From the IMG/VR virus record IMGVR_UViG_3300042473_001540, positions 124,001-188,000 of that record: a stretch of DNA of 64,000 nt, one strand, 5' to 3'. Below the pieces are notes generated by a model that did no database searches, was not told the origin of the DNA, and saw only the letters and a list, made by a program, of their open reading frames with translations. The stretch's first letter is position 1, and every line of letters begins with the position of its first letter. Below are positions 1 through 9,215 of the stretch, in pieces. The translations under genes were made by a program, and so were the position numbers.

Positions 1-1
1 A

Positions 2-103
2 TTGCCCTCTACAGCTAGAGAACAAAACATAGAGGCTGTAAAAGACTTATTGAGTATCCTAGACAATTTTGGTTACCAGATCAGTCAAAAAACTACCGCC
101 TAA
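2..103 (+). CDS. 3' end of a hypothetical protein (truncated by window edge)
   Basis: Open frame LPSTAREQNIEAVKDLLSILDNFGYQISQKTTA ending in TAA at 101-103. Confidence 0.4.
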   Translation: MPSTAREQNIEAVKDLLSILDNFGYQISQKTTA

Positions 104-131
104 AAACTTGCACCCTTAAAATTATCACCGT

Positions 132-193
132 TAAATAAACATGCTGGATACAGTGTTCAGCATGTTTGTATCTCCAGGCAGTTTAGACCTGGA
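132..193 (+). promoter_or_regulatory. TAAATA late-promoter box followed by two stem-loops in the vWA gene leader
   Basis: TAAATA 132-137; AAACATGCTG/CAGCATGTTT inverted repeat 137-167; TCCAGG/CCTGGA 173-193. Confidence 0.45.
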
Positions 194-211
194 CGTGAAA
201 GAAGGCAAGTA

Positions 212-964
212 ATGCAACAAAATAATAACCCAGTCTGGGCAAATCCTTTTCCTGCACAATCACTAGTGAATTGGACACCAGCCGCAGCTGGTCGCAATGG
301 AACTCTTATTGCAGTGGTTCTTGATGAAAGTGGAAGCATGGGCCGTGTGCGCGATGCTACAATTTCTGGATTGAATGAGTTTGTTGAAGGACAAAAGACT
401 GCCGAAGGCGCTGGTGATGCCTATCTCACTATTGTTAAATTTGACGCCCCACAAATCACTACATTGTTTGAAAATCAACATGTGAAGTCTGTTAAGGCAC
501 TTACATCAGCTGACTATCAGCCTGGTGGTGGCACCAACCTAATGGATGCTATTGGGCACACTTTGGAAAAGATCAACAAGGTTCTTAACTCAGTGCCTCA
601 GGCCGAACGGCCAGGTGTGCTGGTTGTGATTGTAACTGACGGCGAGGAAAACTCAAGCCGCAGCTACAACACAGCTCAAATCAAGGAAATGGTCAAGCTG
701 AGTGAAGCCTCTGACTGGACTTTCACCTTCCTTGGTGCCAATGTAGATGCATTTGCAATGGGTCACACATTTGGTATGCAACAAAGTAACACAGTAACCT
801 ACTCAACCAACAGCATGGCAGACACCATGGATGTGCTAAGCAAGACCACTACTCGTGTTCGCATGGCCAAAAGTGCTGGAGTATCTACCGCTGATCTCTA
901 TGCAAGCGAGACTATGTATAGCGCAGTTGATCGCAACACGGTAATGGGCAACAAAAATGCGTAA
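212..964 (+). CDS. von Willebrand factor A (vWA) domain protein
   Basis: MIDAS motif VLDESGSM, GGGTNLMDAIG, IVTDGEEN. Confidence 0.9.
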   Translation: MQQNNNPVWANPFPAQSLVNWTPAAAGRNGTLIAVVLDESGSMGRVRDATISGLNEFVEGQKTAEGAGDAYLTIVKFDAPQITTLFENQHVKSVKALTSADYQPGGGTNLMDAIGHTLEKINKVLNSVPQAERPGVLVVIVTDGEENSSRSYNTAQIKEMVKLSEASDWTFTFLGANVDAFAMGHTFGMQQSNTVTYSTNSMADTMDVLSKTTTRVRMAKSAGVSTADLYASETMYSAVDRNTVMGNKNA

Positions 965-1694
965 CGGCTATGGGTTGGATTTTATTATTCGGCCCAAAGG
1001 TCGCTCTCCAGCTGATGAATACCCTCATCGTGGCCAAACCTGGATTGAGGGTCGAGCGGGCAGTAACTATGTTATTGAACTTCAAAACCACACCTTAAGC
1101 CCAGTGATGGCTGTAGTGTCTGTTGACGGCATCTGCGTAATTGATGGCAAGCCCGCCAGTTATGAAAGCAATGGGTTTTTGATTCCAGCACAGGGAACCA
1201 CAAGCGTTCCTGGCTGGATGTTGAATAGGGAACAGGCAGCTGAGTTTGTATTTGGCAGCAAGAAGCATAGTTATGCAGCAGAATCTGGTTCAGACACCAG
1301 CAATGTTGGGGTGATTGGTGTAGCTTGGTTTCTCCAAAAAGAGCCCAGCTACACTGGGCAACCCTTTCCATTTTATGGAGCCGTTGACATTCATCAACTT
1401 GGCAAGAGTGTGCTGCGAGCCTCTGGGTCAATAGCTGCTAGTTCAATGAGTATAGGCAGTGTTGGTACTGGATTTGGTCAAGAAACGTCCTTCAATACCA
1501 CTCATGTGAGATTTGAACGAAACAGCAATCAACCGCAGGTTGTTCAAACCATCTTTTATGACAGTGCTGACAACCTTCAAAAAATGGGTATCCGTCTCAA
1601 GGAAAGAAACAGTTATCAGACTCGAGTCGCCTTCCCAGGTAGCGAGCCTGGCTTCTGCAAGCCTCCACCCAGTTGGGTACGAAAAACTCAATGA
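957..1694 (+). CDS. conserved hypothetical protein coupled to the vWA gene
   Basis: 245-aa ORF overlapping the vWA stop; VVSVDG..VIDGKPA and NVGVIGVA segments. Confidence 0.7.
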   Translation: MRNGYGLDFIIRPKGRSPADEYPHRGQTWIEGRAGSNYVIELQNHTLSPVMAVVSVDGICVIDGKPASYESNGFLIPAQGTTSVPGWMLNREQAAEFVFGSKKHSYAAESGSDTSNVGVIGVAWFLQKEPSYTGQPFPFYGAVDIHQLGKSVLRASGSIAASSMSIGSVGTGFGQETSFNTTHVRFERNSNQPQVVQTIFYDSADNLQKMGIRLKERNSYQTRVAFPGSEPGFCKPPPSWVRKTQ

Positions 1695-1732
1695 CAAATT
1701 GACATTGCTGTTTCTGTGCACAAATATAATGC

Positions 1733-2578
1733 ATGGAAACAGCAATTTCAGTTTTTGGGGCCACAGGATTTGTGGGCAGTGCATTTGTTCAAAAAACCCA
1801 ACACAAATGCATAGGTGTTCCTCGAAATTCCCGAACTCCTCCCACAAACAACATACTGTATCTCATCTCTACAACTGACAATTATAATGTATTCAGTGAC
1901 CTGCACAAGGACATCAATACAAATTTAAATGTATTGATGGAGACCCTACAACACTGCAATCAACCAGATGTTGTTTTCAATTTTGTGTCATCTTGGTTTG
2001 TGTATGGAAGTCATACACAATTACCTGTTCCTGAAACTGCGCATTGTGATCCTCGGGGATTTTACAGCATTACCAAGAGAACAGCAGAGCAGCTCTTGAT
2101 GAGCTGGTGCAACACCTTTGGCGTCAAGTATCGTATCCTGCGTTTGTCTAACATTTATGGGCCAGGAGACGCTGGAGCAAGCACAAAGAAAAACGCTATC
2201 CAACACATGGTCTCACAATTGTATCATAACAAACCCATTGACTTGTATGAGAATGGTATGGTTTACAGAGACTTACTCTATATTGACGACGCAGTAAGAG
2301 CCATCAGCTTGGTGCTTGAAAAAGGTGAGCTCAACACTATCTACAACATTGGCTCAGGGCATGCCACGCTATTGCGTGATGTGATTGACATATCTGCCCA
2401 TCTAACAAATAGTAGATCTCAGATCAATGGCATACCAACACCTGAATTTCATCAAAAAATACAAAGTCGAGATTTTTGGCTTGATACGACCCTGCTTCAA
2501 AGTTTGGGGTTTGCGCCTCAAGTGTGTTTGACACAAGGCTTAACTGATCTTATCCGCAGCATTTCCACACACTCTTAA
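1733..2578 (+). CDS. NAD-dependent epimerase/dehydratase (extended SDR), possibly NDP-4-keto-sugar reductase
   Basis: GATGFVG Rossmann motif, SSWFVYG, YSITK (YxxxK), RLSNIYGPG. Confidence 0.9.
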   Translation: METAISVFGATGFVGSAFVQKTQHKCIGVPRNSRTPPTNNILYLISTTDNYNVFSDLHKDINTNLNVLMETLQHCNQPDVVFNFVSSWFVYGSHTQLPVPETAHCDPRGFYSITKRTAEQLLMSWCNTFGVKYRILRLSNIYGPGDAGASTKKNAIQHMVSQLYHNKPIDLYENGMVYRDLLYIDDAVRAISLVLEKGELNTIYNIGSGHATLLRDVIDISAHLTNSRSQINGIPTPEFHQKIQSRDFWLDTTLLQSLGFAPQVCLTQGLTDLIRSISTHS

Positions 2579-2599
2579 CAAAAAGGCCTTGAGTTTTTC

Positions 2600-3904
2600 A
2601 TGAGCATTCGCGCCCACATACAAGATTTTCTTAACCAAGTTGGTAATGAAGAACCCAATTTGTTTCCTTACATGGCCAACTCAGGTGATTTTGAACCTGG
2701 TAAATCCACTGTTTATTATTCTGGTCCCTACTGGGATCAAGATGAAATTGCCGAAATGATGCACAGCATATTGAAGGGCAAATGGTTGAGCAGTGGTGAA
2801 AAGGTTGCTCGCTTTGAAAAGGGTTTTGGCGAAAAGTTCAATCTACCCCATAATGTGATGGTAAACAGCGGGAGCTCGGCCAATCTCGCAATGATTGCAG
2901 CACTGAAAAAGAGTTTTGGGTGGAGTGACGACAGCGAGATTTTGGTTTGTGTGTGTGGCTTCCCCACTACTATTGCTCCCATTGTACAAAACAATCTCAA
3001 GCCAGTTTTTGTGGACATTGACTTCTCTGATCTCAACTGGGATTTGACACAACTGGAGTCAAAAATCACATCAAAAACGGTTGCGGTGTTCAGCAGTCCC
3101 GTGTTGGGCAATCCCTATGACTTTGATAGGATTCAAGAGATTGCAGCCCGGCACAAGCTCCAGCTCATCTCAGACAACTGTGACAGCCTAGGCAGCAAGT
3201 GGCGAGGACAGTATCTCACCGACTTCAGTGTGGCAGCATCTTGTAGCTTTTATCCAGCACACCATCTCTGCACCATGGAAGGCGGTATGGTGAGCAGCAA
3301 GAGTAAAGAGATCGTCACCCTGGCACGGAGCATCAGCTGGTGGGGTCGCGACTGCCATTGTGTGGGGGCACAAAATCTCATTCAGTGTGGCATGTGTGGC
3401 GAGAGGTTCAAAAAGTGGATCCAAGAGTATGACACGGTCATGGACCACAAATATTTGTTCAGCAACATGGGCTATAATCTCAAGCCACTAGACATGCAAG
3501 GTGGAGTTGGCTTAGTTCAGCTGAAAAAATGGGAAAAGATACACGCTCTTCGCCGTATCAACAAAACTCGCATCCAAGATATTTTAGAAACTGTGCCGGG
3601 GGTGCGTGTGGTGAATGAGCGAAGAGAAGCCGAGACCAGTTGGTTCGGTGTGCCTGTGATTTGTGAAAGCAAAGAACAGAAAGAGCACCTTGTGAGCTTC
3701 CTAGAGGGAAATAGGATTCAAACCAGAAATTATTTTGCTGGCAATATCCTAGTGCATCCTGGGTATCGCCATCTCGGTGACTATCGAGATTATTCCAATG
3801 CCAACTTGGTGCTCGACCGCGTGTTTTTCCTGGGTTGCAGTCCCACAATCACAGAGGGTATGTGCGACTACATCGCTTCAGTGGTGCAGCGAGCCACAAG
3901 CTAA
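2600..3904 (+). CDS. rfbH: CDP-4-keto-6-deoxyglucose 3-dehydrase (RfbH/DdhC-like; DegT/DnrJ family)
   Basis: VNSGSSANL; SFYPAHH with His in place of the Schiff-base Lys; GRDCHC...C iron-sulfur Cys motif; YDHKY-like segment. Confidence 0.85.
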   Translation: MSIRAHIQDFLNQVGNEEPNLFPYMANSGDFEPGKSTVYYSGPYWDQDEIAEMMHSILKGKWLSSGEKVARFEKGFGEKFNLPHNVMVNSGSSANLAMIAALKKSFGWSDDSEILVCVCGFPTTIAPIVQNNLKPVFVDIDFSDLNWDLTQLESKITSKTVAVFSSPVLGNPYDFDRIQEIAARHKLQLISDNCDSLGSKWRGQYLTDFSVAASCSFYPAHHLCTMEGGMVSSKSKEIVTLARSISWWGRDCHCVGAQNLIQCGMCGERFKKWIQEYDTVMDHKYLFSNMGYNLKPLDMQGGVGLVQLKKWEKIHALRRINKTRIQDILETVPGVRVVNERREAETSWFGVPVICESKEQKEHLVSFLEGNRIQTRNYFAGNILVHPGYRHLGDYRDYSNANLVLDRVFFLGCSPTITEGMCDYIASVVQRATS

Positions 3905-3912
3905 ATCTCCTG

Positions 3913-3940
3913 TTGACATTTTTCCTGAGTCAGCTATTAT
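3913..3940 (+). promoter_or_regulatory. sigma70-type early promoter
   Basis: TTGACA-N16-TATTAT (GC before -10); GGAGG SD precedes ATG 3964. Confidence 0.6.
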
Positions 3941-3963
3941 GAGCTCCATAACAGGAGGCACAT

Positions 3964-4323
3964 ATGCTGACTCAGGAAGCTTTGGTTGAGAGTGGCTACA
4001 AGAGGTTTCCTAATCCTCTTCCTTCCCGACTTGATCCAGAGTTCAACCAATACGGGTATCAAAAGCGTGTGTCAGATGAAAAGGGCATTCGTTATTTCAT
4101 CGATGTGATCCAGTACAACTGGAAGAATGTGCCTGGCTATCCGGGTGCGCAACTCACTTATGAGCCGGAAGTGCATCTATACACCAGCGATTGTGCAGCG
4201 TTGATTCGGGTCATTGTGCTCAATGACGCGCATTGCGCTAGTGTTGAAGCCCTTGAAGCATATGTGGATCAACTTTGGCGTCAAACAGGCGCCGGATATT
4301 ACGAAAGGTTTGGCTATGAGTGA
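3964..4323 (+). CDS. hypothetical protein
   Basis: 119-aa ORF with promoter and strong SD. Confidence 0.7.
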   Translation: MLTQEALVESGYKRFPNPLPSRLDPEFNQYGYQKRVSDEKGIRYFIDVIQYNWKNVPGYPGAQLTYEPEVHLYTSDCAALIRVIVLNDAHCASVEALEAYVDQLWRQTGAGYYERFGYE

Positions 4324-4855
4324 TCTAGTTCACAGTGCAAAGATCTTCTCAATTGCTGCTCACTCTGCTGTGGGACAGCGACGCAAGTATTCAGATGCAC
4401 CTTACTGGACACACTGCGAGCGTGTGGTGGCTACCTTGGACAAGTTCAGCCAGGCCCCTGTCTCGGATGAGATGCGTGCTGCCGCCTGGCTTCACGACGC
4501 AGTTGAGGACACCAATGTGGACCTTGAACTGATTCGTGACCTGTTTGGTAACAATGTGTATCACCTCGTGGAGATGCTAACTGATGTTAGTCGGCCTGAA
4601 GATGGGAACCGGCGAGCACGCAAAGCTCTAGACCTGGAGCACACCAAGCTAGCTAGCACAGAGGCTCGGAACATCAAGCTTGCAGATCTTATTGATAATG
4701 CTGAGAGTATTGTTGACAATGACCCAGGTTTCGCTGTAGTATGGCTTCGAGAGAAGCGTGCTCTCCTAGAGGTGCTGGCGGATGCTGATCCAGGTCTATA
4801 TGCTGAGGCACTTCGTGTATATAAGGAGTGTGATCGGAAACTGAACAAAAATTGA
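4316..4855 (+). CDS. HD-domain phosphohydrolase, RelA/SpoT-hydrolase (Mesh1/SAH)-like
   Basis: AH..GQRRK...PYWTH, AAWLHDAVEDT, IKLADLIDN; start set at ATG 4316. Confidence 0.85.
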   Translation: MSDLVHSAKIFSIAAHSAVGQRRKYSDAPYWTHCERVVATLDKFSQAPVSDEMRAAAWLHDAVEDTNVDLELIRDLFGNNVYHLVEMLTDVSRPEDGNRRARKALDLEHTKLASTEARNIKLADLIDNAESIVDNDPGFAVVWLREKRALLEVLADADPGLYAEALRVYKECDRKLNKN

Positions 4856-4888
4856 TAACTCTTTGAAACGTTTTTGACTGGCAGGGTG

Positions 4889-4917
4889 TTGACAGCACAA
4901 AAACTACGCGCTATATA
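4889..4917 (+). promoter_or_regulatory. sigma70-type early promoter
   Basis: TTGACA-N17-TATATA, AAGGAG SD downstream. Confidence 0.5.
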
Positions 4918-4952
4918 CAGATACACTACAAACACACAAAGGAGAGACTCAA

Positions 4953-5147
4953 ATGGTAATTTATTCTGCTGAACCTCGTCGGGGCTTTGTGGCCAACATT
5001 GGTGATCGAGTTGTGTATGGCGAAGATGAAAACAACCTCCGCGGTGTGGGCTCAGTGACAGTGAACGAAAAGGGTCGACTGGTGGTAAATGAGCAGCCGC
5101 TGGAAACACTGCTTCGCAAATATGGCTACCTGCGCCTAGCAGCCTAA
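4953..5147 (+). CDS. small hypothetical protein
   Basis: 64-aa ORF with AAGGAG SD. Confidence 0.65.
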   Translation: MVIYSAEPRRGFVANIGDRVVYGEDENNLRGVGSVTVNEKGRLVVNEQPLETLLRKYGYLRLAA

Positions 5148-5151
5148 ATTT

Positions 5152-5202
5152 TGTGCGGGAGTCACAATTTGGTGTTGACTCCCGCACACACTGCTGTATA
5201 GT
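5152..5202 (+). promoter_or_regulatory. 13-bp inverted repeat overlapping the ligase promoter
   Basis: TGTGCGGGAGTCA 5152-5164 / TGACTCCCGCACA 5176-5188; TTGACT-N16-TATAGT 5175-5202. Confidence 0.55.
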
Positions 5203-5228
5203 GTGCTGACAAAGAGGGAAGAGAGCGT

Positions 5229-6578
5229 ATGCAAACCGCAGCTGACGTAATTGTTGCACTAGAAGCCACCAACAGTCGGCTGGACAAGGAAGCGATTGTT
5301 GAGCAGGCTTGGAAGCTGGGCATCACAGACTTTTTTAAAGGTGCAATGCTGGCGTTTGATGCGCTCGTGACCTTTGGCATCAAGAAGGTTCCGCTTATTG
5401 ATGATACTGAGCAGGGACCAGCTGCGGGCAGCTACACGTTTGCACACTTCAAAACTCTCGCAGATGCACTGAAGAATCGCAAGCTTACCGGGCATGATGC
5501 TCGTGACGCTGTGTTGGAAGCTGCTGAAAGCTGCAACACGCACGAGTGGAACAATTGGTATAGGCGCGTGCTACTCAAGGACTTCAAGTGCGGCCTGAGT
5601 GAGACCACCATCAACAAGGTGCTAGGCAAGCTCGGCAAAGACGCCAAAGCTTACACTGTGCCAGTGTTCACTTGCCAGCTGGCCAAGGACAGTGACGATC
5701 ACCCCAATGACATGCGGGGCAAGAAGCTGTGCGACTTCAAGCTGGATGGAGCAAGGTTGCTCACTGTGTTGAACAAGGCTACTGGCGAAGTAATCCAATA
5801 CAGCCGGAATGGCCACATCAACAATAACTTCCCTCAACTAACTGAGGCGCTGGCTACACTCTTGCCCCAACTAACTGAAAGCGTTGTGCTGGATGGGGAG
5901 GTTGTGTCTGCCAGCTTTCAGGCTATGATGAAGCAGTTCAAGCGCAAGAAGAACGTTGACACTTCTGATGCACATCTTGCACTGTTTGACATTGTGCCCT
6001 TGAGTGCATTTCTCAAGGGCGAATACAAGGTCTCGCAGCGTGATCGTCACCTCGCACTGTGTGAGCTGGAACCGCTCCTGAAGTCTGCTACCAAGGACCA
6101 GGTCAGTGTTGTGCCCAAGGTGGAAATTGACCTAGACACAGAGGAGGGGCAGGCTCGCCTCAGCGAGTTCAACCGCGAGGCACTTGACAGTGGCGTAGAA
6201 GGAATCATGGTGAAGGATCCCGGGGCTCCTTACAAGTGCAAGCGAAGCTCAAATTGGTTGAAGACAAAACCATTTATTTTTGTAGACCTTGAGGTAACTG
6301 CTGTTGTTCCAGGTAAACCTGGCACCAAGTATGAACACACCATGGGTGCTGTGGAGTTTGGTGGCGAGGATCAAGGACGAGTGATCTCGGTTAGTGTAGG
6401 CAGCGGCTGGAGCGACGAGGATCGTGATGTGATCTGGAAGCACCGGAAAAAGGCAGTTGGGCGTATTGGTGAGATACGAGCAGATCTCATCTCCAAGAGT
6501 GAGAACGGTGACACGTATAGCCTGCGCTTTCCTCGCTTTGAGCGTTGGCGTGGCTGGGCCCCAGGCGAGAAGATCTAA
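5229..6578 (+). CDS. ATP-dependent DNA ligase
   Basis: KLDGAR adenylation motif, VLDGEV, FDIV, EGIMVK, WLKTK, SLRFPRF. Confidence 0.95.
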   Translation: MQTAADVIVALEATNSRLDKEAIVEQAWKLGITDFFKGAMLAFDALVTFGIKKVPLIDDTEQGPAAGSYTFAHFKTLADALKNRKLTGHDARDAVLEAAESCNTHEWNNWYRRVLLKDFKCGLSETTINKVLGKLGKDAKAYTVPVFTCQLAKDSDDHPNDMRGKKLCDFKLDGARLLTVLNKATGEVIQYSRNGHINNNFPQLTEALATLLPQLTESVVLDGEVVSASFQAMMKQFKRKKNVDTSDAHLALFDIVPLSAFLKGEYKVSQRDRHLALCELEPLLKSATKDQVSVVPKVEIDLDTEEGQARLSEFNREALDSGVEGIMVKDPGAPYKCKRSSNWLKTKPFIFVDLEVTAVVPGKPGTKYEHTMGAVEFGGEDQGRVISVSVGSGWSDEDRDVIWKHRKKAVGRIGEIRADLISKSENGDTYSLRFPRFERWRGWAPGEKI

Positions 6579-6838
6579 TGAAGTATGAGAAACTGCCCAA
6601 GAGCCCAGGCTGGATATTTTTCAGCACTGCAACAAATGCCAAGGAAAGGCGTGCTGAGCTCAAGCCCATTATGGTGCTATGCAAGAGTACCCTGGGACGC
6701 AGCCATGGACCCCACAATCAAGGCAGTCGGTGGTATTACTGCCATGCTCGCAGTCCCAACGGCTGGCTCAACAATAGAGACAGTGTGGTGATCGTGGACC
6801 CTGGCGTGGCTGCCCAGGTTATTTTGACATTTTTCTGA
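6578..6838 (+). CDS. hypothetical protein (possible distant member of the small Trp-rich family)
   Basis: ATG overlaps ligase stop (TAATG). Confidence 0.55.
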   Translation: MKYEKLPKSPGWIFFSTATNAKERRAELKPIMVLCKSTLGRSHGPHNQGSRWYYCHARSPNGWLNNRDSVVIVDPGVAAQVILTFF

Positions 6839-6854
6839 AAAAGGAAACCCAGAG

Positions 6855-7253
6855 ATGCTACTAGCTACCCTGCCCAACTTCCTGCTGTATTTTGGCAGCA
6901 GCCTTGTGATGATTGTCATCAGCCTCTACATCTACATCCGGATCACGCCCTATGATGAGATCCAACTCATCCGAGAAGGGAACACAGCCGCAGCACTGAG
7001 TTTTGCTGGCACCCTGCTGGGCATGACAGTAGCTATGGCCTCTGTGATCATCTACAGCACTGGTTGGCTTGACAAGGTCATTTGGTGTGCTGTGGCACTG
7101 GCTATGCAACTCCTAATGTGGGAGATCATGAACTGGGTGTTTGGCAACCTACAGCGCAGTATTGCAGTTGACCGCTGCATGGCTGATGCAATCATGTTGG
7201 GTACCAGCAGCCTGGCTGTTGGTATCCTACAGGCAGCCTGCTTCACCTACTAA
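6855..7253 (+). CDS. DUF350 (YjfL-like) inner-membrane protein
   Basis: Four hydrophobic segments; ITPYDE..LIREGNTAAA signature. Confidence 0.85.
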   Translation: MLLATLPNFLLYFGSSLVMIVISLYIYIRITPYDEIQLIREGNTAAALSFAGTLLGMTVAMASVIIYSTGWLDKVIWCAVALAMQLLMWEIMNWVFGNLQRSIAVDRCMADAIMLGTSSLAVGILQAACFTY

Positions 7254-7255
7254 GC

Positions 7256-7283
7256 TTGACACTTTCCTTAAACCTGCTATAGT
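7256..7283 (+). promoter_or_regulatory. sigma70-type early promoter
   Basis: TTGACA-N16-TATAGT (GC before -10). Confidence 0.6.
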
Positions 7284-7300
7284 CCTCGCAGGAGACACAC

Positions 7301-8017
7301 ATGCGACACAGTCAAAAAATTGCTCTAGTGCTGTTGGGCTCAGTAAGCGCCATCAGCCTCACAGCTTGTGATGACAAGCCCAAGGATGGTGATCCCATCT
7401 ACGAGAGTGCTGACCAATGCAAGAGCATGGGAGGCACAAATTGTGATGATCGCTGGTACAAGGCCATGAGCGATCATGTGTCTACAGCGCCGAAATACAA
7501 TGACGAGCAAAGCTGTATTGCTCGTGGACACGAGCGTTGCACGTCGGTAACTGGACCGGGAAATTCGGGCAACATTTGGCTACCAGCCATGGTTGGCTTC
7601 ATGGCAGGACGCATGACAGCAGATACTCGGCCGGTTTACTTTCAAGGCTACAACAGCCCTACAAATGCCCGAGAGCGCGAAGATCGTCGAGTGATGGCTG
7701 GTGGTTACCACGGCGGCGGTGGGGCCACTACACCAGTTATGGTAGGAAACTACTACGGAGGCGGCTCGAGTTATGACAGCGGGCGCTTGGGCAGTGGCAT
7801 GAACCAGGGCGCAGCCCGCGCTGGATGGAATGTAAAGCCCGCCTCTCCAGGTGCTCCGGCTGCAAGCAGTGCAGGCACAGTGGCCCGGACTATGCCCACC
7901 TCTGTAAGCCGCGCGAGTGTCCCCTCTAGTGGCTCAAGTGCTGTGAGCACCAGCAGTGCTAGCCGCGGTGGATTTGGTGGTAGTGGTGCTGGTATGGGCA
8001 GCTCGGGCGGCGGTTGA
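7301..8017 (+). CDS. DUF1190 (YgiB/YjfM-like) lipoprotein
   Basis: Lipobox LTAC, APKY...C, WLPAMVGF, Gly/Ser tail with SRGGFG. Confidence 0.85.
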   Translation: MRHSQKIALVLLGSVSAISLTACDDKPKDGDPIYESADQCKSMGGTNCDDRWYKAMSDHVSTAPKYNDEQSCIARGHERCTSVTGPGNSGNIWLPAMVGFMAGRMTADTRPVYFQGYNSPTNAREREDRRVMAGGYHGGGGATTPVMVGNYYGGGSSYDSGRLGSGMNQGAARAGWNVKPASPGAPAASSAGTVARTMPTSVSRASVPSSGSSAVSTSSASRGGFGGSGAGMGSSGGG

Positions 8018-8041
8018 CAAACCCAAAAATTCTGCTACAGT
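8014..8041 (+). promoter_or_regulatory. sigma70-type early promoter
   Basis: TTGACA-N16-TACAGT (GC before -10); AAGGAG SD before ATG 8064. Confidence 0.55.
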
Positions 8042-8063
8042 AAGGCTCAGAAGGAGACATCAT

Positions 8064-9215
8064 ATGCGACGTCACACAATGCAGGCCCGTCCCAACTGGC
8101 GCGAGCGTGCCGAGGAAGTGGGCTTCACGTTTCACACAAGTGGCAACCCCAGCACTGGTGGAGATGGCACCTACTGGGACGAGACTGTGGCCTACGAGTT
8201 CACCAGTGCCGAGATTGATGAGCTGGAAGCTGCTACCGAAGAGGTGCATGCTCGCTGCCTCGATGCTGTGGACCGAGTGTTCAATGACCGTGAGCTGATG
8301 ACGCGCATGGGCATCCCAGCTGACTATCACGACTACATCCAGTGGAGTTGGGCACGGAACGACCCATCACTCTATGGGCGATTTGACTTCGCCTATGACG
8401 GCAAGGGTCCGCCCAAGATGCTGGAATACAACGCTGACACGCCCACTATGGTGATTGAGTCGGCTATGATGCAGTGGTTTTGGCTACAGGACGAGCGCCG
8501 TGGCGCAGATCAGTTCAACAGCCTACATGAGCGCCTCGTGGAGCGATTTACTGAGATTCGCGTGCTCATGCCACCGGGTGAGCCCTTTTACTTTGCTGGC
8601 TTTGGGGACAATGAGGAAGAGCGGCAGACTTGTGTGTATCTTCAGGACCTGGCCACACAGGCTGGCCTTGATGCACGCTTCATCAACCTAGGCGACATTG
8701 GCTGGCTCAACAATCAGTTTGTGGACCTGGAAGATCGCCCCATCAAGTATTGGTTCAAGCTGTATCCGTGGGAGTGGATGTTCTCGGATGAGTTTGGCCA
8801 GCACACAAGGAATGATGTCAGCGGCATCATTGAACCCATCTGGAAGTGCATACTGAGCAACAAAGGCATTCTGCCTGTGCTCCACGAGATGTTCCCGGAT
8901 CACCCCAACATTCTGCCTGCCTACTGGACCTCAACAGAAGCTGGTGGCAGCGACTACGTGGCTAAGCCCATGCTCAGCCGTGAGGGTGCCAACATCAGTA
9001 TTGTGAGCAATGGACGCGAGGTAGCGAGCACTGCGGGCAAGTATCACGGGCACCGGATCTACCAACAGCGGGCGCGACTGTTCCAGCAAGATGGCCATCA
9101 TGCTGTGATTGGCAGTTGGGTGGTGGGAGACAAGCCAGCTGGGCTCATCATTCGAGACAGTGCCCGAGAGATTGTGCAGGACACCAGCCGCGTGGTGCCA
9201 CATTGGTTTCTGTGA
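8064..9215 (+). CDS. glutathionylspermidine synthase family ATP-grasp protein (YgiC/YjfC-like)
   Basis: LYGRFDF, LEYNADTPT, FKLYPWEWM, ILSNKG, KP..SREGAN. Confidence 0.92.
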   Translation: MRRHTMQARPNWRERAEEVGFTFHTSGNPSTGGDGTYWDETVAYEFTSAEIDELEAATEEVHARCLDAVDRVFNDRELMTRMGIPADYHDYIQWSWARNDPSLYGRFDFAYDGKGPPKMLEYNADTPTMVIESAMMQWFWLQDERRGADQFNSLHERLVERFTEIRVLMPPGEPFYFAGFGDNEEERQTCVYLQDLATQAGLDARFINLGDIGWLNNQFVDLEDRPIKYWFKLYPWEWMFSDEFGQHTRNDVSGIIEPIWKCILSNKGILPVLHEMFPDHPNILPAYWTSTEAGGSDYVAKPMLSREGANISIVSNGREVASTAGKYHGHRIYQQRARLFQQDGHHAVIGSWVVGDKPAGLIIRDSAREIVQDTSRVVPHWFL

